This document shows positions 13,135 through 25,770 of a DNA stretch of 64,000 bases, piece by piece; within the stretch, counting starts at the first letter, position 1, and every line of letters starts with the position of its first letter. Both the position numbers and the translations under genes were made by a program. The notes beneath the pieces were generated by a model, which was not told the origin of the DNA, did no database searches, and saw only the letters and a program-made list of their open reading frames with translations. The DNA lies in contig OZ024740.1 of NCBI GenBank assembly GCA_964016885.1, positions 325,686,001 to 325,750,000 of the forward strand. The letters are read 5' to 3'. The DNA comes from Eledone cirrhosa. Lineage: Eukaryota.

Positions 13135-13700
13135 GTAATCATCATCATCATCGTTTAACATCCATTTTACCATGCTAGCATGGGTCTGACGAGTTGTCTG
13201 TTAGGGGCAAGTTGAGTCAGGTGACTGTTTTGCTCATATAGAACCGTTTCTGGCTAGATTTCTACAGCTGGATGCCCTTCCTAATGCCAACCTCATTTAC
13301 AGTGAGTACTGGGTGCTTTTTGTCGTGATGCCTACACAACCACTTTACAGTGTGGACTGGGTTCTTTTTGTCGTGACACCTACATGACCGCTTTACAATG
13401 GGAGGAGGAGTGGTGGGGTCATACTGTATATATGCTTCAGCTTCAGCCTGTACCCGTTAGAAGTCGGGTCTTCTGTATTACTGCGTAACGCCTGAAATTT
13501 CGGTCCTCTGTCATCGCCTTTGAGAGGTGCAATTGAGCAAGGTCGGCTTTTATCACTTCATCCTAAGTCTTCCTGGGTGTCCCCACTCCAAGGCTTCCAT
13601 TGACATTGAGCACTCAATACCTTTTTATGCAGCTGTCATCCTTCATATGCATCACATGTCCATACCAACGTAATCTCCTCTCCTGCACTATTGACATCTG
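13135..13700 (-). mobile_element. RTE 3' end with SINE-like tail (intronic)
   Basis: (CAT)n head on plus, ggatgcccttcctaa motif, then RTE C-terminal sequence. Confidence 0.7.
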
Positions 13701-15502
13701 GTAATAATTTAGCAGAAAATGTCTAAAAACAGATTTGTTAATTCAAATGTTTATAGTATCATTATTTGTGACGTACTGTTGTGAACATTTTTAATGCAAT
13801 GCAGTCAATTATACTAACACGTGTATGCATGATTATTAATTAATTCTTAACAATGTAATGATTTAGTAGAAAATATCTAAATGTAAATTTGTTAATTAAA
13901 ATGTTTATAGTAACTTTACTACTAGATAGATAGTTGTGAAAATTTGTAGTATTGGAATAAAGACTTAATTTTTTTATGTGATACAGTCATAGTGCTGTTT
14001 TTTTTTATTTTCAAGAATATCTTGCTAATGTGGTTTGTAAATCCAAAATACCTTTACTAGTGAACAGATTGTTGTGGAAATTTGCAATATTAGACTAAAG
14101 ACTTAAATTTTTTATATGATCTAGTCATAGTAATACTTTGTACATGTTAATATGGTTTCATGTAGTCTGTGAAAATAAGGGTTTTAAGGCTATTTTTAGC
14201 TGCTAATATAGGAGCTAGCTTTGCCAATCCCATGGCAGGTTTTATAATTATCAGGGATGCTTTTTTAGGCAATGTTTTTACAGCAGGATAACCTTCCTGG
14301 TGCCAACCTGTTTAATCCCCTCTTATGACACACAGGGTATAATGTACCTACTCTAAACAGATACACAAAAATGGATATTGAACAATAATTCACAAATTAT
14401 TATTATTATAAGTGCTGGGCCACAATAAAATGCACCCATACACACTGTAAAGTGGTATACATTAAGAAAGGCCTCCAGCTATCTCGACCAAGAAAGGGTT
14501 GAGAGAACTTTTCAGCTGTGTCACGAACATAACAGTGTTGGTGACACAATAAAATGCACCCATGTAACCATTACCATCTACATCTCACCATTAACTCCCA
14601 ACATTTACATACATAGCCTTCATCTCCAGTTATGACCTTCACCTCACAAAACATCTAGATATGACCTTGACCACATCTTCAAATACAGCATACACCTTCC
14701 ACAACATCCAGATATGACCCCAACCACATTTCCACATATGTCACCACCACATATTCACACATGACCTTCACCTTTCACACCTCCCCATATGACCTTCACT
14801 TCACACAACATCTAGATATAGTCTGTACCACAATATCTTCACATAAATAGCTCCCCACCTACATATCACATCTCTACACTTCATAAGTTATGTGCATGGG
14901 TGATAACAGCTGGGTAAAGAAATGCCAAGACTTCTGAGTGGAAGGAAGTGGTGGGAGCTGATCTCAGGACCTCGCAAAGTAAATGATAATGAAATGCAAC
15001 AAGTGGCAAGACACAGTTTTGGAGAGGCCCTGTCCAATCTAAGCAAGCATAAAAAAGAAAGGAGCCAATTAGCAGATCAGATCAAGGATACTATGTTTTC
15101 ATTGGTTTTTACATTGCAGATATTATCAATTGCTTAAAATACCTGACAGAAGTGTTACCATATTTCCAGGGACAGGAGGCGGAATTTGAACTCAGAACAC
15201 ACAGGGCCAGAATAGATACTACAAAGCATCCCTTCTCTCAAACAATTCCACTAACCCACTGTCCCTGGATGGGTACATTATATTTAACAACATTGAAATA
15301 AGCACCTGTACTGGAAGCAGCTGGACGCGGGGGTTTAAATCTTTGTAATGTACAAGCGCCTGGTCTCAGAGAAACCCTTTTCATGAAAAGACTTGGGTTC
15401 CTATCATTAAAACACTAAAAAAAAATTCCTATGAGATATAACCTTGTAAACTGCCAGTTAAACCTGCATGAGTGTGACCTGTAACAACATAAATTTCTAT
15501 AC

Positions 15503-15696
15503 CTTTTTGAATTCTGTCAAAACTAAGTCAGCATCTGAGTCAGTAAAATGTCGACAGAGGAAAAGACGCAGTTTATCATAGAACTGCGATGACTGTTGTT
15601 GAGGAGAGCTTTGACAGGGGGTTTCATCAGATTTCTTGGTTACCAAAAACACTTTACCATTTTCAGGAATCTGATAGGAATTGATGGTTTTTTCAT
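15503..15696 (-). CDS. UBL4A: UBL4A exon 3 (DEKTINSYQIPENGKVFLVTKK...FYDKLRLFLCRHFTDSDADLVLTEFKK)
   Basis: tttgcag acceptor, GT donor, 194 nt, phase 1->0, open frame; completes the UBL domain and contains the RHF..DA..VL motif. Confidence 0.92.
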
Positions 15697-16757
15697 CTGC
15701 AAAAACAACAAATAAATATATACAATTAATTCTAAGAGGATTTGGTTTCCTGAAAGAAAAAAAAAAATGAGAGGAAAAGGTTGATTGTTAGATCAAAGAA
15801 AACAATGTTTCCATTAGACTTTCCAAACTCCTGGCAAAAGAAAGGGGCTGATCAGATGAGAGAAAGTAAAGAATGTTTCCATTGCTGATGCTATCTGTTA
15901 GTCACAACTCCTGATAGAAGAAAGAAGCCGAGCATCGGATTGGCCTAAGGAAACAATGTTTCCGTTGGTCTTTCTATTGATGGTTGCAACTCCTGGCAGA
16001 AATTTCACCACTTTTCTGGTGACAGGATTTAAACTCAGAATGTACAAAGCAAAAACAGAAACCACTAAGCATCCTATCCAACACTTTAAAAATTCGGCCA
16101 ATCGACTGCCCTTTTGGGTTGATAAATAAAGTATCAGTCCAGGATTAAAAAGTACTGGTTAAAAGTGGTTGACAATTGAACAGAGACAATGTAGGGCAGA
16201 GGGAGCTCTTTAGTGTCACTGAGGACATAACATCCTCTTTAGTACTTGTGCCATGATAAAATGCACTCTGTAAAGTGGTTTGAGTTAGGAAGAGAAACCA
16301 GCACTTGGAACATACAAGCAAGCATCAAGTCATTGTACACAGTGGTAGAGCTGGCACCACAATAAGATGCACCCAGTAGACCCTGCAAAGTGGCAATGCT
16401 GGTGGTACGATAAAATACCCCTAGTACATTCTGTGAAGTGGATGGTGTTAGGAAAGGCATCAGGCTGAAGAAATTGTGCCAAAATGTGGAATGTATGAGC
16501 AAGATGTGGTTCTCATCAGAAGATATGGATATCACCTTAACAACCACAAAGAAAATATCTACTCCCACTGTTTACCATGAATAATTGTCACATACAAGTA
16601 TGAAAACCCCAAAAGTTTTGAAAATAGATTAAGGGTATCACTTTTTTCATGCTTATATACTCAATGTGTAAATATATATATATACATTTACGCAGTCTCA
16701 GGTATCTCTGTTCTGTATATATACAGACATAAATTTTTCATTCATATATATATAGAT

Positions 16758-17809
16758 ATTATATGTGGCCGGTGCTCAGGTGCAATAAGTAGCAGCAAGT
16801 GCCCTCAGAATACTAGCTCATTCCATTGCACAGATGGTTCTATAGAAATAGTGAACACCTTCCATTACCTGGGTGACAAAATCAGCAGTGGTGGAGGGTG
16901 CTCTGAAAGTACAGTAGCTAAAGTCAGAATGGGATGGAAAAAGTTTAGAGAGCTTATACCACTATTGGCCGCTAAAGGGTTCTCTCTAAAAATGAAAGGC
17001 AGGCTGTATGATGCCTGCATACGAACAGCAATGTTACATGGCAGTGAAACTTTGGTATTGTGTGCAGAGGATATACGCAGACTGGAGAGGAACGAAGCTT
17101 GCATGCTCCGCTGGATGTGTAATAGTAATATACGCGAACGGCAAAGCATAAACGAACTAAGGGAGAAATTAGGAATAAGAGGGATCAGATGTTTACTCGA
17201 GAGAAGACTACGTTGGTACGGTCACGTGATGCGCATGAAAGACGACAGCTGTATAAAAAAAGTGCAGGGCGATAAAAATAGATGGTAGCCACGGAGTAGG
17301 CAGACCCAGAAAAACCTGGGACGACTTGATAAATTCCGACCTCACACACACCTCTCCAAGGCAATGTCACTGGACCGAGATCTTTGCCGCTACACAGTAA
17401 TACAGAAGACCCGCCTTGCCTAAGTACAAAGCGAAACTTACAGTCAGTAGGCACCTCTAACAAAAATACACCCACCGTCCCACTAACCCCACCCCATCCC
17501 TTTCGATGTAAAGTTATGTTGGTACCACAACATCCAGTCCGAAATAAATGAGGTCGTGTAGGTGTCACGACAAAAAAAAAAAAACACAGTCCACACTGTA
17601 ATGTGGCCGTGTAGGTAACATGGTAAAAACCTCCCAGCCCACACTGTAAACGTGGTTGGTGTTAGGAAGGGCATCCAGCCGTAGAAAACCCGCCAGACAG
17701 TCCTATACGAGCAAGACAACCAATCTTGCCTCAAGTGGGAAAATTCCCGTCCAAACCCATGCAAGCGTGGAAGATGAACGCTAAACGATGATGATGATGA
17801 TGATGATGA
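16758..17809 (+). mobile_element. 5'-truncated young RTE LINE in UBL4A intron 2
   Basis: ORF 16851-17288 (YLGDKISSGGGC..GWKKFREL..MLHGSET); (GAT)n tail; close match to 461-1890. Confidence 0.9.
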
Positions 17810-18214
17810 CATTGGTATATGTGTCTGCACATTGACACTGCTTGGTATTTATGTTCAACACTTAAAAACAAGGAAGGGTCACCATCAGGAAAGGAATGCA
17901 GTCATAAAAGACTCCCTCAAAATGTCTCGTCTAACCCAAACCAGCAGGGAAACATGGACATATAATGAAGAATTTTGAAGCCTTTAGTAAAGTAAGTAGT
18001 TTTCTTATTAAGTTGGTGTTAGGAGCATAACTTAAAAGTTCTTATATAAAATTAAGATGGAAGGTTTTGAGATAAATATTAATACCACAAACAGTTTTGT
18101 ATCACAGAACCAAGAGCAGTTTGGTAGCAAAAAGGTTAAATAAAACTTTATATCATAGCAAGAATTTAAAAAGATTTTAAAACAAACAGAAAGTAAAAAT
18201 TCCTAGAAACATAC

Positions 18215-18320
18215 CAGATAGATTTTTGCCTTGATAAACCAACTTTTGTTGTGCAACAGGTATGTCCATCTGTACAGCTATCAATTCTTTCAGTTTGTGT
18301 ATAGAGTCAGAAGGTGAAAT
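18215..18320 (-). CDS. UBL4A: UBL4A exon 2 (ISPSDSIHKLKELIAVQMDIPVAQQKLVYQGKNLS)
   Basis: tttcag acceptor, gtatgt donor, 106 nt, phase 0->1; ubiquitin-fold IP..QQxL.Y.GK.L.D motif. Confidence 0.93.
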
Positions 18321-19944
18321 CTGAAATATATATATAAGATATAAGGAATACATATATAAAATTAAGCACCATGTTTTCTCATGTATTACAAGAAATTTTT
18401 ATCCAAAATTAAGAGCAAAAAATGTGGGAATTGTATTACACATAGGCAAACATTTTGAAAAGAATTTACTGAGCTTTAAAATACTTATTTTAAATTTTAT
18501 GTTTTTGTATATATATCTCCATCACCATTTTACATCAATTTTTCCATGCTTGCATGAGTCAAATGGGTCATCCAAGTCAAGAGACAAGTCTGGCCAGGAT
18601 TGGCCATGCTGTATTTTGCTCTGATGGGACTGAAAATTTGGCCAGGTTTTTTTACAGCTGGATGCCCTTCCTAACACCAACCGCATTTACAGATATATAT
18701 CATCATCACTGCTGTATGTCCATTCTTCCACACTAGCATGGGTTAAACGAGTTGTCCTGGTGTGAGCAATGCTAGGTCAGGTGACCATGTCTTGCTCATA
18801 CAGGACTGATTTTGGCTTGATTTCTACAGCTGGATGCCCTTCCTAACACCAACCTCATTTACAGTGAGTATTGGGTGCTTTTTGTCATACCTACACAACC
18901 ACTTTACAGTGTGGATTGGGTGCTTTTTGTTGACACCTATATATATATATATATATATACACCTATCATCATCGTTTAACGTCTATTTTCCATGTTTGCA
19001 TGTGTCAGACAGGTTGTCCAATTTGTGGCACATCAGCTCAGATGACCGTCTTGCTCATACAGAACTGTTTCTGGCTTGGTTTCTACAGCTGGATGTCCTT
19101 CCTAATGCCAACCACATTTACAGTATTAACGTTACTCAACATAAGGCCTGCCCCTGTATTGGCCATAAAGTAATCTTTATTCCCACGAATTTGCTTCTCT
19201 TCAGATAAGAAATTAGATGGCTGACATTACTTCATATGAAACCTTGGGTAGTAAGCAACTATGTTGAGTAACATTAATATTTCAACTGTCTAGATAACAT
19301 AGAAGGCTCTTTTTCCTTCATTAAGTCTACAGAAAACCATAACATTATATCTATATATACTTATGTGCTCTGTTCGCCTTCAAAAGCTTACTTTTTTTTT
19401 AGTTCTACATGTGTTAAGTAACCCAATGTATCTTTTTTTTCCTGCTGAAATGGGAATTTTTGCTTAAGTGCCATTTAAATTATCAATTGATTGATTCTAT
19501 GTACTGACACTATATTTATCTCCATAGAAACAATTGTCGAAATTAAAGATGGAATTTGAATTGGTTTTCATTTTGTATTATTTATATATATATATATATA
19601 GCCACGGGTGTACAGGTTTGGCAAGTGATTTGATCTGAGACTGCCTGTTGAAATTAATATAATGTAATTTCAGCCATTCAAAAACCTCACAAAAACTTTA
19701 TTTTTTATTAATCATTTATTTCCTGATACCAAACATTTTCGACGTACTATTTGTGACCTAAACAAGGGTGAAATAACCAGTATGACATTAAAAAAATATA
19801 TGGCCTCAGCCGGATGGCTGAAACAGGTAAAAGAGTATATGTGAAGTGAATTTAACAGTTCTTGTGATGACTAAAATGACTCTTCAACGATGTAATTTAT
19901 ATCTTGGCTGACGCCAACGTGTGTTAAATGAATATATATATATT

Positions 19945-20014
19945 CCTAGGTTCGAAGGATCGCCGAATATATATATATATATATATATATATTCGGCGAT
20001 TCTTCGAACCTAGG
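19945..20014. repeat. Inverted duplication centred on (TA)n
   Basis: cctaggttcgaaggatcgccgaa (TA)n ttcggcgattcttcgaacctagg, one mismatch. Confidence 0.9.
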
Positions 20015-20857
20015 TCTATGTCATGTAAACAATAACTTCGGTACTTTACGGACCGGATGTCGTTAATTTTCGCTTTCGTAGTCGCTAAACGGGTCATGTG
20101 CAATATAAATGATTGTATGTATGTGTATACGTGTTTGAAAATCCGTAGCTCAAAGTGAGTGCCAAACAGTCACATTACATACACATTTACAAACCTGTGC
20201 GTGTGCGCAAGTTTCGGATATGTGTGTGTGTTGTTCGTACTGCCTTTCTGTTTTGTTCCCGTTCAATTTTTCACTATATATATATTGCTTACTACCAGCT
20301 TAGAGACTACGAAGGCGAAAATAAGACTTCCGGCCACGGAAATTACCGAAATCATTGTTTATATAGTTTATACCTAAAACGAAGAATCACTAAATATATA
20401 TATATACACACACACATACACATCTGTGTGTGTGAATTATTCAAATATTTTCAACAGTATATATATATATATTCATATTAAAACTATTTCATCCTTAAGA
20501 AATCGTCATATATATTCGACTAACGTATTGAGTGCCTTTTTTTAACAGTGGTCGCCTCCCCATTTTCACCGGGCTTCTCCACACACACACACACACATTA
20601 TATATATATATATATTAAAGTAAGTGTTTATAATGTATATATGTGTGTCCATTTAAAATCTAGCGATACAGGGTATAAGTTAAAACGTTATTTGAACACA
20701 CATATATATATTCAGGATGGATAAATCAACGTTTGGCTTCATGTAAACTCGAGTACCAGTCAACCAAAATATATATACATACAACTCTGCATTACGTATC
20801 GAGTCCTATCAGTAAATGTTTGTTGTCTCTTTTATACCAATAAATCACAAATAAAAC

Positions 20858-20895
<38 letters not shown>

Positions 20896-20960
20896 AATAT
20901 TGCGACAATAAAAAAAAAACATATATAGTGTGTTAGTATAAATAAATAGAGAATATTTAC

Positions 20961-21008
20961 CTTCACAGTACATTCCCGACCTTTCAATATTTTGACGTTG
21001 ATATTCAT
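20961..21008 (-). CDS. UBL4A: UBL4A exon 1 coding part (MNINVKILKGRECTVK); whole CDS 21008->12752, 147 aa ubiquitin-like protein 4A
   Basis: accATG start, AAG|gtaaat donor, phase 0; resembles UBL4A N-terminus M.L.VK.L.GREC; the four exons join in frame. Confidence 0.92.
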
Positions 21009-22055
21009 GGTGTATATAATATTTATATATAGTATATATACAATGGTATATATTTATAATGTATATATATTTATATGACTTGGATGTTAAGGGTTATCGG
21101 CAAGGTATTCGATGAATCTCAGCTGAAATCAATCTGTTGGTTGTAGTTCCTGTGTAAAGGAGCAACAGAGACACTATTGTTCTGCTGTTTTAATTAATGA
21201 AGTCTTCCAATTAAACATTTCGTTTTAAAAGAAATTTCATCACAAAGAATGAAGAAATAATTTTTTTCTTGAAAATGTTAAAAAAAAACGGAAATGATTT
21301 CTGAATAAACTCTGCTATCTTCTTTCATGCTAGAGAGCGTCACTTAGCAAAGGGAAGTAATTCGAATCCTTTTTTCCGCACTTCAAGCCTTCTCCTTTTA
21401 TTTGTTTATTTATTAATCCATCTTTGTCTACAGTCGGATGACAAGACCATAATTTATGTTCTTATTCTTTGAGTCTTTTTACTGGCTTTAGTCATTAGAT
21501 AGCGCTCATGCTGGGGCACTGCCTTCAAAGAATTTTCGTTGATCATTAAAAACTAGCACATATTTTATCAATCTCTTTTTGTCGAACTGCTAATTTACAA
21601 GGCAGAAATGACAAACACACACGGCATAGTTTTTCTGTAGAGGAACGGAAATGGACCACAGTTTAAATAAATAACTTAATACATTATTAGAGAAGGTTCA
21701 TACTTTATTTCAGTTGGAAATGACTACATGATTAGCCCTGTTTCATTTGTTTGAAACAGTGCTAGTCCTGTAAAAGACATTTCTATCCGAAATAAATTAT
21801 ACTATGTATGATGACCATGCTGGGGCCACGATAAAAAGCACCTAGTCTACTATGCTAGTGACAACAAAAGATACAAACATCAGTCTGTAAGGTAGTTGAC
21901 ATTAGAAAGGACATCCAACAGTAGAAAACCAAGCCCTAAAATGAATCGTATGACCAAGACAAGGTCCTTTGCCTTGTTTAATTTCATAATGTGTCAGCCC
22001 ATCTAACCCATGGAATAGAAAATACTTGTTAAACAGAGATGATATATATAATATA

Positions 22056-22700
22056 TCATCATCACCGTTTAACATTCATTTTCCCATGCTAGCATGGGTT
22101 AGACGAGTTGTCCTGTTGTGAGACAAGCCAGATCAGATGACCATGTCTTGCTCATACAGAACTGTTTCTGGCTTGGTTTCTACAGCTGGATGCCCTTCCT
22201 AATGCTAACCACATTTACAGTGTGGACTGGGTGCTTTGCACCAAAGCACCAAAATGACAACTTTACAGTGTGGACCAGGTGTTTGGGGTTAGGGAGATAC
22301 ATGTATGTAGAGTGTGGCACTGGTGAATGGTGCAGTGTTAGGACGTGTGAGGTGTATGGGAGGGGAGGGAGAAAAGTGTTGCATACTAGAGACCACTAGA
22401 CATTTGCTTCAACCTTTGCAGATGGGAAGGCAAGTCTTCCGCATTACTGCATAATGTAAGAGATCTTGACCCTGTAACATCACCTTTTAGAGGTGCTGTT
22501 GTACAAGGTCAGCTTTTATAATCTCATCCCAAGCCTTCCTAGGTTCCTCTTCCCTTTTTATACAGCTGTCATCCTTCATATGCATCACATATCCATACCA
22601 TTGTAATCTCCTCTCCTGTACGTTGCATCTGATACCTCTTATGCTCAGTTTCTCTCTCAGTTCATTTATGCGTTGCCGTTCATGTATATTATTATACATG
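22056..22700 (-). mobile_element. RTE 3' end with tail
   Basis: RERQ.INELREKL.IRGIRC..QERRLQWYG..MKDDSCIK on minus; (CAT)n end. Confidence 0.8.
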
Positions 22701-22994
22701 TATATATATATATGTAGGTGTGATGAGCTTGTAGTTTCCATCTACCAAATTCTACTCACAAGGCATTGGTCAACTCAATACTTGCACAGTGGGACTGAAC
22801 CCAGTAGACTAATGTTGGCCTCCAACCAGCATTTTTGTAAATTTCACACAAACTAAACTATAGAGATGTATTATTCTAATCTACTACTAAACTGATTTTA
22901 ACTTACATCTCAAACAGAGCCTGTTTATTTAGTGCCCTAGGCTAGATAAAAAAATGTTTAATTAACTGATCTTTGCCCCTGATTTACCTTATAC

Positions 22995-23468
22995 CAGGAA
23001 GGCAGGGAGCTGAATTAAATGCAAGAATTGCAGGAGCTGGTGCAGTAATGTATCAGCTTGAGCACTTTGTCATCAGAAGGGAGGCAGATATAAAATCCAG
23101 ATTCGCTACTGTCAATTGCCAACTCTTACCTATGGTCATAAACCTTGGGTAATGACTGAAATAATACGATCACAAATACAGACTGCTGAAATAGGATTCC
23201 TCTGAAAGGTCTTTGGAGTAACATTACTCGATATGGTACATAGCTCAGAGTTCAGAGAGTCATTTCAGGTAGAGCTGCTACTTCTTCAAATCGAGAGATC
23301 ACAGCTCCAATACTATATACATGTGGTTAGAATATCTTTGGAAAGAGTTTATGGGCTAAGCCAACCAGCAGGACACTCAGAGATATACCTTGAGCAAGAT
23401 GGTTAGATGACATCTATGGGCTCAGCTGGTCTTCCTTGGAGATCCAGCCAAATCAAGAAGGAGGAGGT
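22995..23468 (+). mobile_element. Expander-like RTE 3' fragment
   Basis: LTYGH..WVMTE.IRSQIQTAE.GFL translation; homologous to 5995-6570. Confidence 0.7.
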
Positions 23469-24696
23469 TAGCCCAACAATGAACACTCCATTCTCCCAAA
23501 TAGAATAATTTGGTAAACCAATAAACTTAGATTTTGATACATTAAAAAATTACTACATGGTCCACACACACACTCACTAAATCATGTGTCAGATCCCTGG
23601 GTATTTAGCATCTTCAATTGCCCACTTCAATTTGTATAAAACTGTGATCCTTCAAAACTCAATAATGTTCTGCCCTGAGGTCTGCACACTAGGCAACTAC
23701 CTAATTGACCTTAATGATATCCCCCACCCTGTCTTTATGATATACACATTTGTATAAAACCAAGTTCAGTAATGCACCTCTCTGAGGTTTGTACCCTAGA
23801 TGGTTGTTAATTAGCCTTAATGGTAACACCAGTTCTGATCTCAATGAATATAAAATTATTAAGCTTCTCTTTTAATTTACTGGTTCTTAGATTGATGAGG
23901 ATGGGAAAGAGAGTGTTCACTCACATACTTGGGGGTATTTTTTTTTTTTGTTTATTCAGGAAAAGAAGGACGATCACCATCATCATCATCACCATCATCA
24001 CCATTTTACATCCATTCTTCCGCACTAGCATGGGTTAGATGGGTTGTCCTGTTGTGGGCAGTGCCAGGTCGGATGACCTTGTCTTGCTCATATGCCAAAA
24101 TCATTTGGCTGGATTTCTACAGCTGGATACCCTTCCTAACACCAACCTCATTTACAGTATGATTTTTTCAGGGCCTGTATGACTGGTGGAAGTATCTTCA
24201 AACTGGAAACCTCAAACTCACCTGAATGTTTGCAACAAAATGAACTCTGCTAAAGACACCCAAATATCAAGTGGTAGTGTTTAAGTGTTCTGGCACTTGT
24301 GAATCAAGTTCAAATCCTACTGCCGTTAAATTTTGTCTTTCATCCTTTGGTAGTCAATAAATAAAGTACCAGTGATGTACTGGGATTGATTCTTCTCTAT
24401 CTCTGGATTGTATCTCTTCTTCAAACAGCCTTATCATGTTGTGTCATGCATATTTTGCCTGAGAATTGTTTGAGGAATACTCAGCCACTTACACATGAGT
24501 TTTTCAGTTAATGACTTTATAACTTAATATTTTCAAACATATGCACAAAGTTTCATGTTTTGTGGAACAGTATAGTTAATTAGATTAACCCCAGTATTTA
24601 ACTTCTACTTTATTTTATTGCCTTTAGAAGGATTAAAAGTAGGATTGACCTTAGTGGGATTTGACTTTGGAACATTAAGCTACACGACTAAATAAT

Positions 24697-24879
24697 TGTT
24701 TCTACTTTTGGCACAAGGCCAGCAATTACCCAGTTCATTACTGGTACTTTATTTTATCAACCCCGTAAGGATGAAAGGCAAAGTTAACCTCGGCGGGATT
24801 TGAACTCAGAATGGCAAGGGCCGTAACTCTATGCGTCAAAGCATGGCGTCCGACCCTCTACCGATACTGCCAATCCACG
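24697..24879 (-). mobile_element. Young tRNA-derived SINE with Deu/Nin-type core, inserted into an older SINE with a 14-bp TSD
   Basis: B-box gagttcaaatccc and ttgcctttcatcctt..ggg.tgataaaataaagtaccag on minus; CACGACTAAATAAT at 24683-24696 and 24876-24889. Confidence 0.85.
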
Positions 24880-25267
24880 ACTAAATAATGGGAAGCATTT
24901 TGTCCATGGCTTTACCAAATCTGCTTAGCCCCTGCATTAATAATTTTAATACAGTTGAGAGTAGTGTTTAAGAGCATACCAAATAGCAACATATAACTAA
25001 ATACTGACAAAGTACATAATTAAAATGGCTTTTATACCCTAAGTGTGTGATTGCTATGCTCTTTCCAGTGTATCAATAGCCATGAATAAACAGGTTATTG
25101 GGAGAAATGCATAGAAGACAGAACAACAGTTTCTGAATTGTCTTATTTTGGACTGTGGTGACCCCTCCCACCCATGCCAGCTTTGGAAAGCAGATGTAAA
25201 ATGATGATGATGATAATGATTCCCTTCTGTAATTACATAAACCACAGCTTTAAAAAAATAACATCTT

Positions 25268-25508
25268 TAACCTTTTAGTTACCAATCTGGCGAAAACTGG
25301 CTCTGGTTCTATGAAATAAAGCCAACCATTTTAAAGGTTTCCTATTTATATCAAAATCCTCCGACATAATTTTTATATAAGAACCTTACATTAAGTTACT
25401 ATCTTAGTAATGAAATAATTAATAATTTTAGTGAATCCCTCATAATTATTAATTAATTAATAAAAATAGAGTGTATATCATTAGAAATGCAGTCATGAAA
25501 GGGTTAAT
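25268..25508. mobile_element. TTAA-flanked piggyBac-like MITE
   Basis: TTAACCTTTT...AAAGGGTTAA ends. Confidence 0.6.
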
Positions 25509-25770
25509 ATGCATTCAAGGTATGAGTGCTATAAAACATAAGTTCCCAGTGAACCGAGTACACAGCTTGTTCCATTGTATTAATTTTACCTTTTTGGTAT
25601 TAATGTTAACAAGTTTCAATGGACATTTCCTTAAAGATCTTGCCCTCCTGTGATATTAGTGAATGTGCTTGGCTATTCCAGCACCTCAGCCACGCTATCA
25701 CTCGTGGTAATACCATGAGCAATTTAGATTGTTTCAAATTTATTCAAAGGGTAACACTAACATACCCTCT

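Noticed and set aside
24697-24879. tRNA gene calls from A/B-box-like motifs (also 56406)
   Set aside because: No cloverleaf; these are heads of multicopy SINEs.
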